Below, piece after piece: positions 61,282 through 64,000 of a stretch of DNA of 64,000 nucleotides; positions within the stretch are counted from its first letter, which is position 1, and each line of letters opens with the position of its first letter. A program made the translations under genes and the position numbers. The notes under the pieces were generated by a model, which was not told where the DNA came from, searched no databases, and was given only the letters and a program-made list of their open reading frames with translations. The DNA is from Polyangiales bacterium (GTDB lineage Bacteria > Myxococcota_A > Polyangia > Polyangiales > JADJQN01): NCBI GenBank assembly GCA_964202905.1, contig CAXNJO010000007.1, forward strand, positions 64,001-128,000. The letters run 5' to 3'.

Positions 61282-61545
61282 ATGTCCTACCGCGAAGAGC
61301 GCAGCTATCGGGTCGAGATCGTGCTGTCGGCCGAGTTCGCCGAGGACTACGAGGGCGAGGAGGACGGCTACGCCTGGCACGAGCGGTTCGAGCGGGTCGT
61401 GCGCCCGCGCGTCGTGCGCGCGGTGCTCGAGGCGCTCGCGAGCGATCCCGGCTGGCGCGTGGTGCCCGCGACCCGCGGCGTCAGCGCGAGCGACGCGCTC
61501 GAGGTCCGCGTCGAGCGCATCACCGCGACGGGTGAGCCGCGCTGA
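61282..61545 (+). CDS. Small hypothetical protein (87 aa)
   Basis: Strong GC3 bias, acidic 'EDYEGEEDGYAW' motif; CACGAT 8 nt upstream. Confidence 0.65.
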   Translation: MSYREERSYRVEIVLSAEFAEDYEGEEDGYAWHERFERVVRPRVVRAVLEALASDPGWRVVPATRGVSASDALEVRVERITATGEPR

Positions 61546-61648
61546 GCCGCTCCGCTCCGCACCGCGTCGCACGGCGCGCGCGCCGCGCGGGAATCTGCGG
61601 TGCGCCCCTCGACGCCGGCCGCTCCATGCACCTACAACCCTGCCGCGC

Positions 61649-62788
61649 ATGCTCAGCATCGACGATCCCACCCGCCCGCTTGCGCGCGACCTGCTCTCCC
61701 GGCCCGGCGGATTCGCGTGGTGGTACGCCGATCTGCGCGACGACGCCGGCTCGGGCCTCGTGCTCATCTGGTCGTTCGGGCTCCCGTTCCTCCCGGGCTA
61801 CGCGGCGGCCGAGCGTGCCGGCAACCCCCAGCTGCCCTCCGCGCGCCCGAGCCTCAACCTCGCGGTCTACGATCGCGGCGCGCTTAGCTTCTACCAGCTC
61901 ACCGAGTTCTCGCCGGACCAGGTCCGCTGGGACGACGCCGCGTCGCGCTGGACGTTCGGCCGCACCGAGATTGCCACCGTCGACCAGCCCGACGGGCGCC
62001 GCGCGCTCCGCGTGACCCTGGACTGCGACGTGCCCGCCTCGCGCGAGCGCCTCACGGGGACGATCGAGGTCGTCGGCACCGCGGCGCGCGGCTTCCGCTC
62101 CCTCGTCGCGCCCGTGCCCGAGGGCGGCGCGCCCCATGTGTGGACGCCGATCATCGCGCCCGCGCGCGGCACGGCCCGGCTCGAAGTGGGCGGCCGCCTG
62201 CTGCTCGCCATGAGCGGCCGCGCCTACCACGACCGCAACGGCGGTGCGGTGGCGCTGCACCGCCTCGGGATGCGGCACTGGCTGTGGGGCCGCGTCGCGC
62301 TCGAGGGCGAGGAGCGCATCTACTTCGTGTGTTTCCCGCGGGATCGCGAGAAGGCGCCGCTCGTCGTCGCGCTCGCGCTGCGCGAGGACGGCACGCACGA
62401 GGAGCTCGTCGGCGCTACGGCCACGCGCGGCGGCATGCGGCTCGCGCGCTTCGGCATGCACTGGTGGACGCGCCTCACGATCACGCGCAGCGCCGGCGCG
62501 CGCTGGCTCGAGGTCGAGAGCGAGGCGCCCGTGGACGACGGGCCCTTCTACCTGCGGACACCGCTCGTCGCGACCACGGCCGACGGCGCGCGCGGGCGGG
62601 GCTTCGGCGAGCTCTGCCGCCCGGACCGCGTCGATCGCGCGCTCGAGCGCCCCTTCGTGCGGATGCGCGTGCACCGCGCGCGCGGCGAGAACTCGCTCTT
62701 CCTGCCCCTCTTCACCGGGCGCCGCGAAGATCGCGTCGCGCGTCTCTTCACGCACCTCCGGGACGCCGCTCCGCGGCTCGCGGGATGA
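61649..62788 (+). CDS. crtC: Carotenoid 1,2-hydratase (CrtC-like)
   Basis: 'PGGFAWWYADL', 'HVW.PI', 'GRAYHDRNGG', 'W.WGR', 'VDDGPFY.R'; coupled to a CrtI-family gene. Confidence 0.7.
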   Translation: MLSIDDPTRPLARDLLSRPGGFAWWYADLRDDAGSGLVLIWSFGLPFLPGYAAAERAGNPQLPSARPSLNLAVYDRGALSFYQLTEFSPDQVRWDDAASRWTFGRTEIATVDQPDGRRALRVTLDCDVPASRERLTGTIEVVGTAARGFRSLVAPVPEGGAPHVWTPIIAPARGTARLEVGGRLLLAMSGRAYHDRNGGAVALHRLGMRHWLWGRVALEGEERIYFVCFPRDREKAPLVVALALREDGTHEELVGATATRGGMRLARFGMHWWTRLTITRSAGARWLEVESEAPVDDGPFYLRTPLVATTADGARGRGFGELCRPDRVDRALERPFVRMRVHRARGENSLFLPLFTGRREDRVARLFTHLRDAAPRLAG

Positions 62789-64000
62789 GCGCCGTGGCGC
62801 CGGAAGCGCTCGTGGTCGGTGCCGGGCTCGGCGGGCTCTCGGCTGCCGTGTGCCTCGCGGCGCGCGGCGTGCGTGTGCACGTGCTCGAGGCCGGCGAGCG
62901 GCTCGGCGGCAAGGCTGGCGTCGAGGTCGTCGACGGCGTCGAGTTCGACACGGGCCCGAGCGTGCTCACGATGCCCGAGGCCCTCGACGAGGTCTTCCGG
63001 CGCGCCGGCACGTCGCTGCGCGCGGAGCTGACGCTGCGCGAGGAGCGCCCCGCGTTTCGCTACCTCTACCCCGACGGCAAGACAGTCGACGTCTTCACGC
63101 GCCCCGAGGAGACGCTCGCCTCGGTCGAGAAGGCGCTCGGCGCGAACGCGCGCCGCGAGCTCGCGGCCTTCCTCGACTACGCGCGCGTCATCTGGGACTC
63201 GGCGGCGCCGCACTTCGTCTTCGGCGAGGCGCCCAGCGTCGGCGGCATGCTGCGCCTCGGCCCCGCGGCGCTCGCGCGCGTGACGAAGGTCGATGCGCTC
63301 CGCTCGATGGTGTCCGCGGTCGAGTCCCGCGTGCGCGATCCGCACCTGCGCCCGCTGCTCCTGCGCTACGCGACCTACAACGGCTCCGACCCGCGCCGCG
63401 CGCCGGCGACGATGAACTGCATTGCGCACGTCGAGCTCTCGCTCGGCGGCTTCGGCGTCGAGGGCGGCATCTACGCGCTCGTGCGCGCGCTCGCGCGGGT
63501 CGCCGAGCGCCTCGGCGTGACCTTTGAGACGAACGCGCGCGTCACCGGCATCCGCGCGCCGCGCGGCCGCATCGAGGGCGTCACGCTGGCCGACGGCCGC
63601 ACCCTCGGCGCGAGCGTCGTCGTCGCGAACGCCGACGCGGCGCACGTCGCCGAACACCTCGTCGCGCCCGGCCAGCGCCAGGCCATCAAGCACGCCGGCG
63701 AGCCGTCGATGTCCGCGTGGACGGGCGTGCTCCGCGCGCGTCGACGCACGGGCGAGGCGGCTCGCGCGCCGCACACCGTGCTCTTCCCGCGGGACTACCT
63801 CGGCGAGTTCGTCGACATCTTCGACCAGGACCGCCCGCCCGGCGAGCCGACCGTCTACCTCTGCGCGCAGGAGCCCTGCCACGGCCGCCGCGGCTGGGCG
63901 GACGACGAGCCTGTCTTCGTGATGGCGAACGCGCCGCCCGAGCCCGCGCAGGGCAAGCGCGATCCGGAGATCGCGGTGCGTCTGCGGGAGCGGGTCCTCG
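62785..64000 (+). CDS. Phytoene desaturase family (CrtI/CrtD) FAD oxidoreductase, 3'-truncated by the window edge
   Basis: ATGA overlap at 62785; 'VVGAGLGGLSAA..LEAG..GGKAG..FDTGPSVLTMP', 'RYATYNGSDP..APA'; frame open to the window end. Confidence 0.9.
   Translation, partial: MSAVAPEALVVGAGLGGLSAAVCLAARGVRVHVLEAGERLGGKAGVEVVDGVEFDTGPSVLTMPEALDEVFRRAGTSLRAELTLREERPAFRYLYPDGKTVDVFTRPEETLASVEKALGANARRELAAFLDYARVIWDSAAPHFVFGEAPSVGGMLRLGPAALARVTKVDALRSMVSAVESRVRDPHLRPLLLRYATYNGSDPRRAPATMNCIAHVELSLGGFGVEGGIYALVRALARVAERLGVTFETNARVTGIRAPRGRIEGVTLADGRTLGASVVVANADAAHVAEHLVAPGQRQAIKHAGEPSMSAWTGVLRARRRTGEAARAPHTVLFPRDYLGEFVDIFDQDRPPGEPTVYLCAQEPCHGRRGWADDEPVFVMANAPPEPAQGKRDPEIAVRLRERVL

Overview
Very GC-rich (roughly 75% by eye, not computed) bacterial chromosome segment. 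Gene content (FrzS/AglZ-type pseudo-receiver, PEGA/TPR/FHA proteins, Cys-rich lipoproteins, AgmX-like C-terminal domain, crt genes) points to Myxococcota, probably Polyangiales/Sandaracinaceae-like; this is an inference. The centrepiece is a ~17 kb single-locus Tad (type IVc) pilus cluster at 8692-25836. It has two Flp pilins, an A24 prepilin peptidase, three pseudopilins, CpaB, a secretin, TadB/C and TWO intact CpaF/TadA ATPases, one fused to a canonical FHA domain. It also has two degenerate-FHA membrane proteins, lipoproteins and a PEGA protein, but no recognisable CpaE/TadZ. It is transcribed divergently from a receptor-type Ser/Thr kinase with an extracellular beta-propeller. This resembles, but extends, the FHA-rich Kil Tad-like prey-killing apparatus of Myxococcus xanthus. 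The rest of the window holds an ECF sigma/anti-sigma pair, pspA followed by a degenerate cyclase-STAND-TPR protein, a metzincin lipoprotein, ygiQ-moeA, glpK, a CDF transporter, smc (with an NrdR-box-like palindrome upstream), USP, MOSC, a PP2C-cNMP fusion, oligopeptidase A, a degenerate LplA-like gene and the start of a carotenoid cluster. Most operon-leading genes have a -10-like hexamer 6-11 nt before the start codon and no Shine-Dalgarno sequence, suggesting widespread leaderless or near-leaderless mRNAs. Several genes are broken by small indels that look like sequencing/assembly errors. I saw no rRNA, tRNA, CRISPR array or mobile element. All calls come from motif recognition by eye; no database search was run.
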